NCBI GenBank assembly: GCA_030264375.1
Contig: JASCQW010000133.1
Coordinates: 19,526,192-19,590,191 of the forward strand
Length of the DNA stretch: 64,000 nt
Origin: Carcharhinus longimanus
Lineage: Eukaryota
Direction of reading: 5' to 3'
The notes beneath the pieces were generated by a model. The model saw only the letters and a program-made list of their open reading frames with translations, did no database searches and had not been told where the DNA came from. Both the position numbers and the translations under genes were made by a program. This document shows positions 1-11,042 of the stretch, in pieces (position 1 is the first letter of the stretch; every line of letters begins with the position of its first letter).

Positions 1-130
1 GAGGTGGGTGGGGAGGTGTTTAGGAGGCCGGCAATGTGTGGGGGACATGGGACAGGACACTGCACATGCATAGATCGGCATTCTGACAGATCGGTGCATG
101 CACAGTGGCCCACTCAGCGCTATGCTGCTT
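1..130 (-). mobile_element. Fragment of the same non-autonomous element family as 52924-53814
   Basis: 73-128 (gatcggcattctgacagatcggtgcatgcacagtggcccactcagcgctatgctgc) is similar to the reverse complement of about 53101-53162. Confidence 0.65.
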
Positions 131-164
131 GTTATGATTCCCATGATGGATGAAAGAGTAAAAT

Positions 165-320
165 TCCACTCATGATCTCATTACTGTTTGTGGGATTTTG
201 CTATGTGTATTGGCTACCTAATTTTCTACATAACAGTGACTACGCTTCTTTGGCTGGAAAGCGCTTTGAGACACCTGGTGGTCAGAAAATGAGCTAATAA
301 ATGTAAGTGTTCCTTTTTAT
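165..320 (+). mobile_element. 3' part of DeuSINE-like (SacSINE1/AmnSINE-type) element
   Basis: ttactgtttgtgggattttgctatgtg...acagtgactacgcttc...aagcgctttgagac...aaatgtaagt tail, shared with the copy at 9850-10266. Confidence 0.6.
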
Positions 321-1319
321 TGAGTTTGAAATCTTGAATATAGGAGAGCTGTCTTGATCCACCTTGTTGTAAAACTTGTGTGACAAATTAAAAGTGAGGT
401 TGCAGCTTTCTCATCCTGGTTAGATGGTTCATCACTTCACAATGTTGCATGTTATATATACATGCAAACCTGGCTATAGAGGAAATCGAAAACGGAACCT
501 GTACTGCAACGCTTTAAATAACATAGAACTCCAGCTCAACTACTGCAGCTCATTTGTCTACTGAGTGTGTATTATTTTAATGTGTATTACTAATTTAACA
601 CTTCTGTGTCTCCAGCCAAATAATTGCATTGTTTATCACAGTCTACAAAATGCAATCCAGTTCATGTGCAGATCAAAAAGTTGGATTCTTGTAAAACAGA
701 CAAAAGTTTAATCATTTTATATTAAGTAATGCAAGAAAGTTCTTATCTTAATTCCCACGTATGTCACAAGTGACTTCCGAATGTGTCTTTACTTAACCAC
801 GACTTCTAGCTAACAAAAACAGAACAATTTCATCTAACTGGAACTTGTAAAGGTCAAAACCAAAAGTTCAGGCATGAAATTCTTGTTTTATTCTTTGGCT
901 TGATTTCTGAACAAGTATATCATTTTTCTTTTGACAGTAAGGTAATGGAGATGTTGTTTCTTGATGGCAATATTCTATCATTGCTCTAATCTTCGCAACA
1001 CAAGTGTATTTGCCTCACTGTTGAGCTTTGTTATATCGGTCTTAATTTCTGCAACTCCTTCTGCCTTGCCATGACCCTGCTGGCAAAGAAAAATTCACCT
1101 CTTCAACCAATAATGATTACCCCCGGTTTAGCATTAATATTTGTTTTGACTCTGTCAAGCATCTTTCTTTCTCTCTCTTCATTCACGGGATATGGGCATC
1201 GCCGGCTAGGCTGGCATTTATCTCTCAACTCTTTCATATAAAATACACTTTCGTAAATGGTTTGTGTTCTCAAATCTGGGATTTTGAAATAAATTGAGGA
1301 AGAAATAACAAAGGCTTAG

Positions 1320-1745
1320 CATATAATTTTCAAAGTTTCTCTACAAATTAGAATTCTAGCAGTACAATGGAGAATAGCAAATGTAATTTCCCTGTCGCAA
1401 AAAATAAAATTTAACTAAGCAAGGAGAGTGTAAACTAATTAATTTTTAATGTGATGAAATTGCCAAGCACAATGAGAGGTATGATCTAATCATGGTCAGT
1501 CATCAAGGACTTGTCTAACTTGTAGAATTTTTCAGAAAAATAATGGGTGAAGATAATTCAGTGGGTGATTTTATGTTGAGTTTGAATAAGCTGCTGACAA
1601 GATATCGCATGATAGATGATTGGAAGCAAAAAGTGCGAAGGAGTTTCTCCGGAATAGAGAAGTATTATGATCTTGATTTTCCATATGATTGACTTGACAG
1701 TTAAGGGAATTGTATCAAAATTTACTGATGATACCAAATTGTGTG
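1320..1745 (+). mobile_element. Old CR1-clade LINE ORF2 remnant
   Basis: tggagaatagcaaatgtaatt (WRIANV) and tcaaaatttactgatgataccaaattg (SKFTDDTKL, an RT motif). Confidence 0.65.
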
Positions 1746-1894
1746 TGACGAGCTTTGCACGGCAACATCTGTACCATTTGATCATTGAGTGTGTTTGCAA
1801 GTACCATTTGGTTTTACGATTAACATTGATATAGTCAGAATGCTTTCAATAGCTTTAAAATATTAAAAGTAAAAAAAATTAATTTTTGTTTTAG

Positions 1895-1963
1895 GTTTCA
1901 ATGTGATCTTTTCCAAGAAATAAGGTTTTCGGTAGGGGAAAAAGTCAGAATAACTACAACTTG
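1895..1963 (+). other. MTMR3: Candidate MTMR3 5'UTR exon
   Basis: Polypyrimidine acceptor ttttgttttag before 1895 and donor TTG|gtgagt at 1964. Non-repetitive sequence upstream of the ATG exon. No transcript evidence. Confidence 0.45.
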
Positions 1964-4559
1964 GTGAGTCATGAATCACAAAATCCATTTTTAGAATAAA
2001 GTAATTGGATGTGTTAAGAATTTGGCAGTTTAGAGTTGTGATTTCAATGTATTGTTTTATGGAAATGGTTCAAGAATTTAAAAAGCAGGATTGCAAAAGA
2101 TAGAGATAAAAACCTTGGAGTAATTCAATTCCTCTGGTTTTCCCAAATGAAATCTTGCGGCATTTCATTTGGCTATGGTGTACTGGGCAAAACGGGTTAA
2201 CACTAATATGCCAGCTTGTAAACAGTGAGGAATGAATGGTGTGATTTGAGGCGACGGTGTGTAATAAATACAATCATTAAATGTGGGCCTCTTTGAAAGT
2301 GTATGTATTGTCTTTGTCTAATTGAGGGAATTTTAAAGGTTTGAATGGAGTGTCTATTTAGCACAATGAAAGCTGTAATAGATATTTGGACCTTTGTTTT
2401 AATTCATCATAACAAAGCTTATGAGGTTTCCCAATACTGAATATTGGGTGAATTAGCATGGAACGGTTAAGGATAGTGATGAGATAGTGGGGTGGATAGG
2501 TGGCATGGAGATAGCATAGGAAGTGGCTGGGGGAGGTGATGGGGTGAGGATTAGATAGCCTAAAATTTAAGGAAATAGGTATGGCAGCTCTCGTGGCTGC
2601 ATCCAATCTACACGCCTGAGTGAAAATCGGGTTCAATGGGGTTTTTTACTTGAGGTGGGTAGAGCAAGCCAAGAATTTTTCTGATTCATGCTACCTGCCT
2701 TAAGAGCGAAAATCTGACATCATCTTGATGTCAACCTAATCAGTCCCTTTTCATAATTTTTAGTGCCTCTATCATGTTCTCCTTTTTTCTACAGAAAAGA
2801 GGTGCAGCCTATTCAATTTTACCTGATAAGCATAACCTCAGTTCAGGTATCATAATGAAATTTTGCACCTTGCAGTCTATCTGTATCCTTTTTTATAATA
2901 TGGAGACTAGAACTGCATAGCACTTCCTTTTTTTAATAATGAGTTGGCTTAGTCAGAATTTGGTAAGAATAAACCAGTGTTCTTTCAGCCTCTCCTTCCT
3001 TTCCTATGCTTACCCTTTTCTCCCCATGCCTATTTGCAGCTTGCAGATATGTCAATTATACAGAACCCATCTCTCAGTCATTTAAGAGCTTATTGACATT
3101 CTGAAAAGCAGGCATAAAATGAAGGTGATATTTATTGTCTTGAATATTGTTTGGCACTATTGCTGACTCCTTCAGTTACTTTACTGATAATTGGGATGAG
3201 GCTGAATGACTGACAGTATTTGGATTGGTTAGATATTTTATGGATAGGACATACTTCGGGTAGTTACATATCAGAGCTGCTGCANNNNNNNNNNNNNNNN
3301 NNNCCTCATGAATTTCCAACTCTTGCCTCCATTGGAGTTTCACAAACCACTGTTTCTGCTTTCCTGTCTCTGTTTTTGACCATCCAAGCTTCTTAACAAT
3401 AGCCACTGACTTTCTCCCCCAAACATATTTTGCAGCGATTCCCAGGCCACTCAGTTACCGTTGATTTACTATGATATCAAAAAACGCAATAAAAGCCTGT
3501 TGCACCTAAATGCAACCACCAGTTCTCTCTCGACTTTGAGCCTTGGTCCCTCCCATTACAGACTCTACATCCTAATTTCTCTTACCCAGAGGACAAAACT
3601 TTCCTCCCTGCCCTACATGGACTCCATCAGCGTATTTTCATCTTCTGAAAATGTAACAATACAAATTCAGTGAAAAGTATTTGTGATGCATACAGCCAAT
3701 TGGTAGCATGCAGAGGTGAAAGGAGGCAAATGGAAGAATCAACAGACAAACAAAAAGAGTATATGAGGCAATTGTAAGGAAAGGATATGGCAATGGATCA
3801 AAAACTGGAGCATAGAATTGGAGTGGAAGAAAAATGGGCAATAACAAAAAGAGGCGCATTTATCTTTAGCTGCTCCATGAATATTGCAACTGGAGAGCAA
3901 CATTTCTGTTGTTTGTGTTCTATCTGTTTTGGTTTCCATGATTGGAGCACAACTGTATTGTGTGTGCATCACCAGAATTTGGCAATTCTTGATCATCATT
4001 CAGTTTTTATCATTTATGGTGGGTGGGGTGGTATGTTAGATAATTAATTAATATTCCATTCTATAAACAAATTTATCAACTTATATTTGATTAATGAAGG
4101 CAGATTACCAGTTATCTTTTCTGTGATGCTGGTTTAGGGATGGCTTAATAGATGGCTGCAATAGTTTTGGGGGCACTCTTCCTTGATCAGATGATGGCAG
4201 AAAAAATACACTGAGGTAAGTTCATGAACAAAACTTTCTTCAGAAATAGTCATTAATTTTTAGCTATAAATGTGCAAATATTATTTTACTAGGATATTAA
4301 AACTATATGGAAATCACGTTTGAAGGTAGTGAGAAGCATAATGTAAAACAGTTGAAGGATAAACTTGTAAGTTCATTTATTTGAATTATGTCTTGCAGAC
4401 CATTGCATTTTTGAGTTGATTTTTTTAAATATAATACACACACACTGTCAGAATCCACTTTACACAATACTATAGTAATTTGTTTTCGTCTTTACTTCGT
4501 CATTGGGAAATGACCAAATGAAGTTGCATCATTAATCTCGTTTTAATATGAATTTTCAG

Positions 4560-4636
4560 ATTTGAGCTTGAGTGAGACTGAGGTACAGCGAAGTGATACT
4601 GAGGAATAATACCTAACGTGTAACTGTGGAATTGAC
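4560..4636 (+). other. MTMR3: 5'UTR part of the ATG-containing exon
   Basis: Acceptor aattttcag ending at 4559; the exon ends GACATG|gtgagt. Confidence 0.75.
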
Positions 4637-4639
4637 ATG
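4637..4639 (+). CDS. MTMR3: MTMR3 start codon (exon ends immediately after ATG)
   Basis: ATG|GTGAGT, a phase-0 donor joining to DEEGQHS gives MDEE..., as in recalled mammalian MTMR3. Kozak context is G at -3 and G at +4 after splicing. Confidence 0.8.
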
Positions 4640-5059
4640 GTGAGTTGGTTACTAGTTTTGTGATGATTTTATAGTGTAGTCTGTTATGTCCAGTGAATTC
4701 TCTTGAATTGGTCTTTATCCTTTAGAGACTTTGTATTCCATGAACACTTCCTTAGAAATTTTATATCTCCACAAGACTGCTATATTATGCCATCCTATAA
4801 AACCATGCTGCAAAAGAGCAATTTCAACACTGCTTTGGATTTTTTTTAAAATAAGTTAAAACGCAAATGCCGTAGTTTTTTAAACAGACCATTTTTTTTC
4901 AAAACCATTGCCACATCCCAAATATTTGAAAACAACATAATGCAAGGACAGCAAATCATAAATGTAAATAGTGAAAAAGCAGTTTCAATCACATTCTTCA
5001 TTTGACTGGTTGACACTTGCCTGGAATAATTTACCAGCTCTGTGCCGGAAGTTGGAATA

Positions 5060-5356
5060 GGGCTGACACAATGGTTAGCACTGCTGCCTCACAGCGTCAG
5101 GGACCCTGGTTCAGTTCTGGCCTTGAGCGACTGTCTGTGTGGAGTTTGTACTTTCTCCCCATGATTGCATGGGTTTCTTCCGGCTGTTCCGATTCCTTCC
5201 ACAGTCCAAAGATGTGTGGCCGTCCTAAATTGATCCTGGCGTCGACGATTAGCAGGATAAATATATGGGGCTATGGAATAGGGCCTGGGTGGGATTGTGG
5301 TCGGTACAGACTTGATGGGCTGAATGGCCCCCTCCTGCACTGTAGGAATTCTATGG
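5060..5356 (+). mobile_element. HE1-like tRNA-derived V-SINE
   Basis: A-box/B-box-like head (tggttagcactgctgcctcacagc...ggttcagttc), V-domain tgggtttcttccggctg, and CR1/HER1-type tail gatgggctgaatggcc...ctgcactgtaggaattctatg. Confidence 0.88.
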
Positions 5357-6649
5357 TAATCAAGTACTCCTAAATGCTGACCCTTCATCTTCGTTGAGAA
5401 TGGTTGTATTTGAATATCTGTCAATCTTGGGAGTCCAGCCACCTTGCTGCAGCCAATTGACTTACTGGATAAAACTTTTTTTTCAGCAACAGGCTATCGC
5501 TTCATTCTGATTATTGTGAGTTGCCATTTTAAAATAGTCAATTTCACAATCAACATCCTATTTATCAGCAATTGAGAGTCAAGCTGACCTTGAGCTCAAT
5601 TATCACTGACTTCAGCACACAATTATGAAGATACATCCTAAATGGAAAATCTTTTTCTTGCATTAAAAATCTGAGGCTTGGCCCTGCAACAGGTGATGAA
5701 ATGACACTCTTGAGGTTTCTGAGCCAAGTGATGTGCTTTCTTCCTCAGCATACAAGTATAATTAGTATAATTACATCAACATGCAGTGGAAACTTATTTA
5801 AATGATGCTGTGAATATTTAATGGAAAATTGCTTCATAATGCTGATTGGTATGGAATTATCTCTTGCGTCAGTGCTGGTACCAGTTCAGTAGTGCAAATA
5901 AAATTTAACTTTACGTTGCTTGTGAAAATAAATTAATCTTGGGCAACTTTGCATAAGCTACCTGTATTTTTAATAACTTCTAATTTCAAGTGAAAGTAGA
6001 ACTTTGTGCATGAAGTCATGTTTAAAACTACGTCAGTTTAATTTTCTGTATGTGGATGGTGAGAAAACTGGGTATCAACAGTGAGTGCCTGGTTAAATAT
6101 TTAACTATCCATTTTTGTTAAATAGCTATCCATGTGCAAAGGGTCAAATAGTTTCCTCAAGTTTATTGAGCAAATTTTTAATTAAAATTCTCTTTTTGAA
6201 GTTATTCGTTGCAATACAGTCAGAAACAGCTTGAGGAAGATAGATTATTTTTTCTGGCAGACAAAGCTTTACTCCTAGTTTTGAAAGTCTCAGGCAGGGA
6301 GGAAGCAAGGCTCAAATAAAAATGTCCTCTGTTACTACCTTCACATCAGCACCCTTAGCAACTCAAAGTCACATTGCTAATGCAGTTAAGTGTGGAAGCA
6401 GGAAAATCTCACTTGATATTTTGTGCAGTTAGGGATGATCTTGTTATCTGGTGGCAGACTGAAGCTGAATTCAGGAAGGAATTTCTTTAATTTTTGGATG
6501 TTCCTCTAAACTTTCAGTAACTACATGAAAGTTTTCAGTATGCCCATCAGCTGCTTCATCTAAAAGCACAGTATTATCTTTTAGGTGTAAACTGGGGGTA
6601 CCCAGTTTTATAACACTGCCACCGCTCTTGACTCTTCTGCTATTGCTAC

Positions 6650-7750
6650 ATTTTCAGACAATTATCTGACATTTGGTACTAGATGAGCAGAAATTTTCTC
6701 CAATTATATATTGGGAAGACTGGAGCCATTGTTATGGGCCCCTGCTCCAAATGACCACCTTTAGCTACCTACTTCACCCCTTTCCCTTGCAGCTCTCTGA
6801 AACTAAGACTATTTGTAACCTTGACATGTGACCCCAAGAGGAGTTCCAACCACATATCAATGCCATCATCAAGACCACCTATTTCTACCTTCAAGCTATT
6901 ACCCAACTGCATTCCTGCTCAGCCCATCTGCTGAAAGCTTCAATCATGCCTTTGTTACCACTATACTAGACTATTCCAACATCTACTGGTCTGGTTTCTG
7001 TATACTGAGGTCAGTCAAAACTCTGCTGTGTCCTTACACTATTCTATGTTCTATGTCCTATGCCTACTGTCCTACGTTGGTTTTGAATCATAGAATCCCT
7101 ACAGTGCAGAAGCCTTCATCAACCACAGTCCCACCCAGGCCCTATTCCCATTACCCCACATTTTTACCCTGCTAATCCCCTGACATGAGGGTCAATTTTG
7201 CATGGCCAGTCAACCTAACCTGTACATCTTTGGACTGTGGGAGAAAATCGGAGTACCTAGAGGAAACCCACGCAGACATGGGGAGAATGTGCAAACTCCA
7301 CACACAGTGACCCGAGGCTGGAATTGAACCCGGGCCCCTGGTGCTGTGAGACAGCAGTGCTAGCCACTGCACTGCCCCTTTGCATCAAGCTATGCCTTCA
7401 TTTAAAAATAAAAATCTTGTTTACAAATCCCTTCATGGCCTCACTCCATACTACTCTGCAATCTCATCAAGCCTCAATCTTCCTGGATATTTGTAGTTAC
7501 CTAATTCTGAAGTTCCCGAATTTAATTGCTCCACTATTGGTAGCTGTCCCTTTATTTGTTTTAGCTCTAAGCTTTGAAATTCCCTCCTTAACTTCGCTGA
7601 CCCTTTATACCTCTCCATTTCTCTGGGTAAGCTTTTAGCCATCAGCTCCGCTCTTGTCTTTTGTGACTTGGAGACAAATATTGTTTTATAATACTCCTCC
7701 TGTGAAGTGCCTTGGGGTGCCATATTAAAGTTGCAGCATAAATATAAGTT
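6650..7750 (+). mobile_element. Decayed L2-clade LINE 3' region, split by SINE
   Basis: Frameshifted ORF2 remnant resembling LSDI..WMSRNFLQLxIGKTxAI and LDYSN, with an L2-like 3' end ...gtgaagtgccttgggg...aaatataagttgtt. Confidence 0.6.
7086..7377 (-). mobile_element. HE1-like V-SINE inserted in an older L2 element
   Basis: Reverse complement of the same head, V-domain and tail (catagaatccctacagtgcagaag ... gaattgaacccggg ... gtgctagccact). Confidence 0.88.
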
Positions 7751-9512
7751 GTTTCCCAGGTCTTGGAGAAAGTTTCTATAAGCTGGCTATTTTGTTGCAA
7801 CAGAGACGATGAGAAGCTCTCAAACTATCCTGAATATAAAGGTCACGTTTCCTTTATAAATAAAAGCCACATTGTACATTGAAGAAATTAAATAGCAACC
7901 GTGAGTGACAATGACCTGTTTTTTTTGCCTCAAACTTCAATAATTTCACGAAGTATGTGAGATTTGATGAAGGGAATAAATTGTTATTGTTTTTGACTTC
8001 AATTTAACATGGAGGATTTTAGTAAAGTGCCTGTCCAGAGTTGCAGCCTTCCTTCTGACTTTAGCTGCTTCATATTCAGCTTTAGCTAGATGATTAATTC
8101 ATTGCAGTCCTCATTCAAAACATTGTTCAGTGCAATTGAGTAGGTTCTAAGTTCATTTACAGTGGTAGAGTTCCAAAATGGCAACTTTAACAAGTGGCAG
8201 AGCAGAACATATCCATCGTAGATGACTGGTTCAGGTAACTTTGTGCATAACCTCCGTAACTTGTAAAGCTCAAATTTTGGTTTAAAGCTGTTTGCAGATT
8301 CTGGCACTTAAAAAACCATGACAACTGAACCATGTTTTTTCAAATACATCCTCAAAGCACAGTTAAAATAGGTGTTAAATAATTTAGATAGATAGTGGTC
8401 AGTCTATTACTGCCCAGTTCACTGGTTACTGATATTTTCTACACAGCGTGACGTACCCAACTAAAGTTTGAAGGGTTCACAGTGTGTAAGCTTAGTTTCT
8501 TGTGTGATTTTATGTAAATAGACTTTCCTTTTGGAGATAGCTTATACTTTTTTTGTTTTACAATGAGCAAGCCATTAGAAGTTATATAGGGTAGATAATT
8601 AAGGAGTTTGTACTTACACATTCACCAGAGTGTGTGTGTTTCTGGTTCTGCTTAGCAAGGAGAACACTTGAAGGAAGGCAGTTTCTTACAGAAGGGGAAC
8701 ATTCCAATAGCACCTAGCAACCAGAAAGAATGCATTTGGAAAAACAATTATGATTGGGTAGCCTGTCCTTGATTGGAAATGGTAATGGTACTTTTTTAAA
8801 AATCAGCTTTGTAAAATGGCTTGTACAACATAATAACTCATCTGTTGATACCTTCTGAATACTGATATCAGTAGTTAGCAGAAAGCAATTAAATAATACT
8901 TTGTAACATCCTCAGTTCAAAGTCCATTGTTTGGATTCATCAGTTATCTGATGTTTTAAGCAGGTCCACCTGTTCCCACAATATCATTGGTATCATTTTA
9001 ATACAATACTTTAGGAGTGGAAAAATGGTGGATACAGTATTTGGCTCAGTGAAACTATTTTCATTACTGTTTTATAATTGATCACTTTTATGTTTCAGGT
9101 AAATATTTATATCTACAATGTTTTCCAATTCTCACATTTGTGGTTAGGTATTCTAATGTCGTTCGATAACCCAGGAAATTCTTGACTAGGTACCAAGCAT
9201 CCTGGACTGCAAAGGTTACAGCATATATACTTACAGCAATTCTGTTTAGGTGTATTAAGGCAAATTTTCTTGGGAAATAGTTGTGAATATTAATGCCATC
9301 ATAAACCAAATGTGCCAGAATGAATATGCCCTCGTTCCTGTGTGTTCTGACAAATCTGCTGATGTCAGGAGGATGTATGCATTTGAATAATACAACCCTC
9401 AAAATAGGTAATCTTTATATCTCCATCATACAAAAGGAATGACCATTGTAAATTAACTGGGAAAATATAATATGTACTGTTTGGCTAAAAAAGAAACTAA
9501 TCCTTCTTTCAG

Positions 9513-9602
9513 GATGAAGAAGGACAACATAGTTTGGAATGTATCCAAGCCAATCAGATCTTTCCCAGAAAACAGCTAATTAGAGAAGAAGAAAACCTCC
9601 AG
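9513..9602 (+). CDS. MTMR3: MTMR3 exon DEEGQHSLECIQANQIFPRKQLIREEENLQ
   Basis: ttctttcag|GAT ... CAG|gtacag, 90 nt, phase 0/0. Confidence 0.95.
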
Positions 9603-9849
9603 GTACAGAAGAAAAATATGGATTTAGTTGGAAGTACTGTAGATTTTCATCCAGTTTTCCATTTGTAAATGAGGTATTCTGATCATTTCCATGGTAAGTG
9701 ATGATCTGCTTAACCAACCTTCATTTATCAGTATCGGGTTTCCAAATGGTATGCTCCAAAATGATACTAAGATCAATAACTCCAACCCATTTTGGAGTTA
9801 TTGATTTCGTATTGACACTGATTTGGGTGGATACTTAAAACAAAATGAA

Positions 9850-10266
9850 AGTCTTGCCTTTCAATGCCTTCCCTGACCATGGAATGTCCCAGAATACTTT
9901 ACAACCAATTAATTTTTTTTTGAAGTGCAGTTGTTGTTGGAATGTGGCAGCCAATTTGCAGGTCCCAGAAACAGTATTATTATGATGAAAATCCAATCTA
10001 TTTTTATGATGTTGGTTGAGGGATCAAATTGGATAGGATGCTGTTGAAAATCACCCTGTTCTTCAAAATAGTGCTGTTGGCTCTTTTGCATCCAAGTGCA
10101 CAAATAGGACCTCCAAAAGACAATACCTCAGCAGTGAAGCATTGGAGCACTCTTACAATCTTGAATTGTAGTGTTGGTCTAGATTTTGTATTCCAATGTG
10201 GATTGGGACTTGAGCCCATAACCTTCTGACGCAGGTGAGAGTGGTACCAGTAAACTGCAGCAGACA
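9850..10266 (-). mobile_element. DeuSINE-like element (near full length)
   Basis: tRNA-like head at the right end (gggacttgagcccataaccttctgac, reverse complement), Deu-domain-like core and L2-type tail at the left end. Confidence 0.65.
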
Positions 10267-10380
10267 TATCAGGATCAAATGGCAGGAGTTTCCTGATTTT
10301 CCCCCATCTCAGTTGGAAAATGCTGCTTTTGTAGTGTGGAGGCTCTGAAGTACCAGACTATTAAATGTTAGTGTTTTATA

Positions 10381-10690
10381 TCATCAAAGAAGTAGTAGCG
10401 TCATCAAAGAAGAAATAGCGAGGCACCTAAAAAAAGAATGGTTTGATCGAGCAGACGCAGCACGGATTTGTTAAGGGGAAGTTGTGTTTGACGAATTTAT
10501 TGGATTTCTATGAGGATNNNNNNNNNNNNNNNNNNNNNNNNNNNNNNNNNNNNNNNNNNNNNNNNNNNNNNNNNNNNNNNNNNNNNNNNNNNNNNNNNNN
10601 NNNNNNNNNNNNNNNNNTGATCTTACTGAATGGCGGGGCAGGCTCGAAGGGCTAGATGGCCTACTCCTGCTCCTATTTCTTATGTTCTTA
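10381..10690 (+). mobile_element. Young CR1-clade LINE, interior collapsed in gap
   Basis: Intact frame QHGFVKGKLCLTNLLDFYED before the gap and a 3' tail gatggcctactcctgctcctatttcttatgttctta after it. Possible ttatat TSD. Confidence 0.85.
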
Positions 10691-10925
10691 TTATATAGAT
10701 TTTAGGAGTCACTGTCTGCCTGACTTCATAGGAATTAAGTACTCTCTATAACAAAGTGAGTTTGTTTTAAATTTCCATCTGAGCTGCACCGATGTACTGG
10801 CTATGTATTTGAAGGCTGAGTGAAGATTATGTCAGCAAATTTCTGTATAATTAGATGCAATATTAGGTTGTAGAATTTTGTTTGTTCATGACTTAATCTG
10901 CGTAATAACTGCTTCCCAATTTTAG

Positions 10926-11042
10926 GTTCCTTTTCCTGAACTTCATGGAGAAAGTACAGAATACATAGGACGTGCCGAGGATGCAGTTATTGCTTTGTCT
11001 AACTACAGATTGCACATCAAATTTAAGGAAACAGTCGTGAAT
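10926..11042 (+). CDS. MTMR3: MTMR3 exon VPFPELHGESTEYIGRAEDAVIALSNYRLHIKFKETVVN (PH-GRAM)
   Basis: ttttag|GTT ... AAT|gtaagt, 117 nt, phase 0/0. Confidence 0.96.

Noticed and set aside
5060-5130. tRNA genes at SINE heads (also 7310-7377, 30220-30306, 31799-31860)
   Set aside because: The A/B boxes run straight into SINE bodies and there is no complete cloverleaf.
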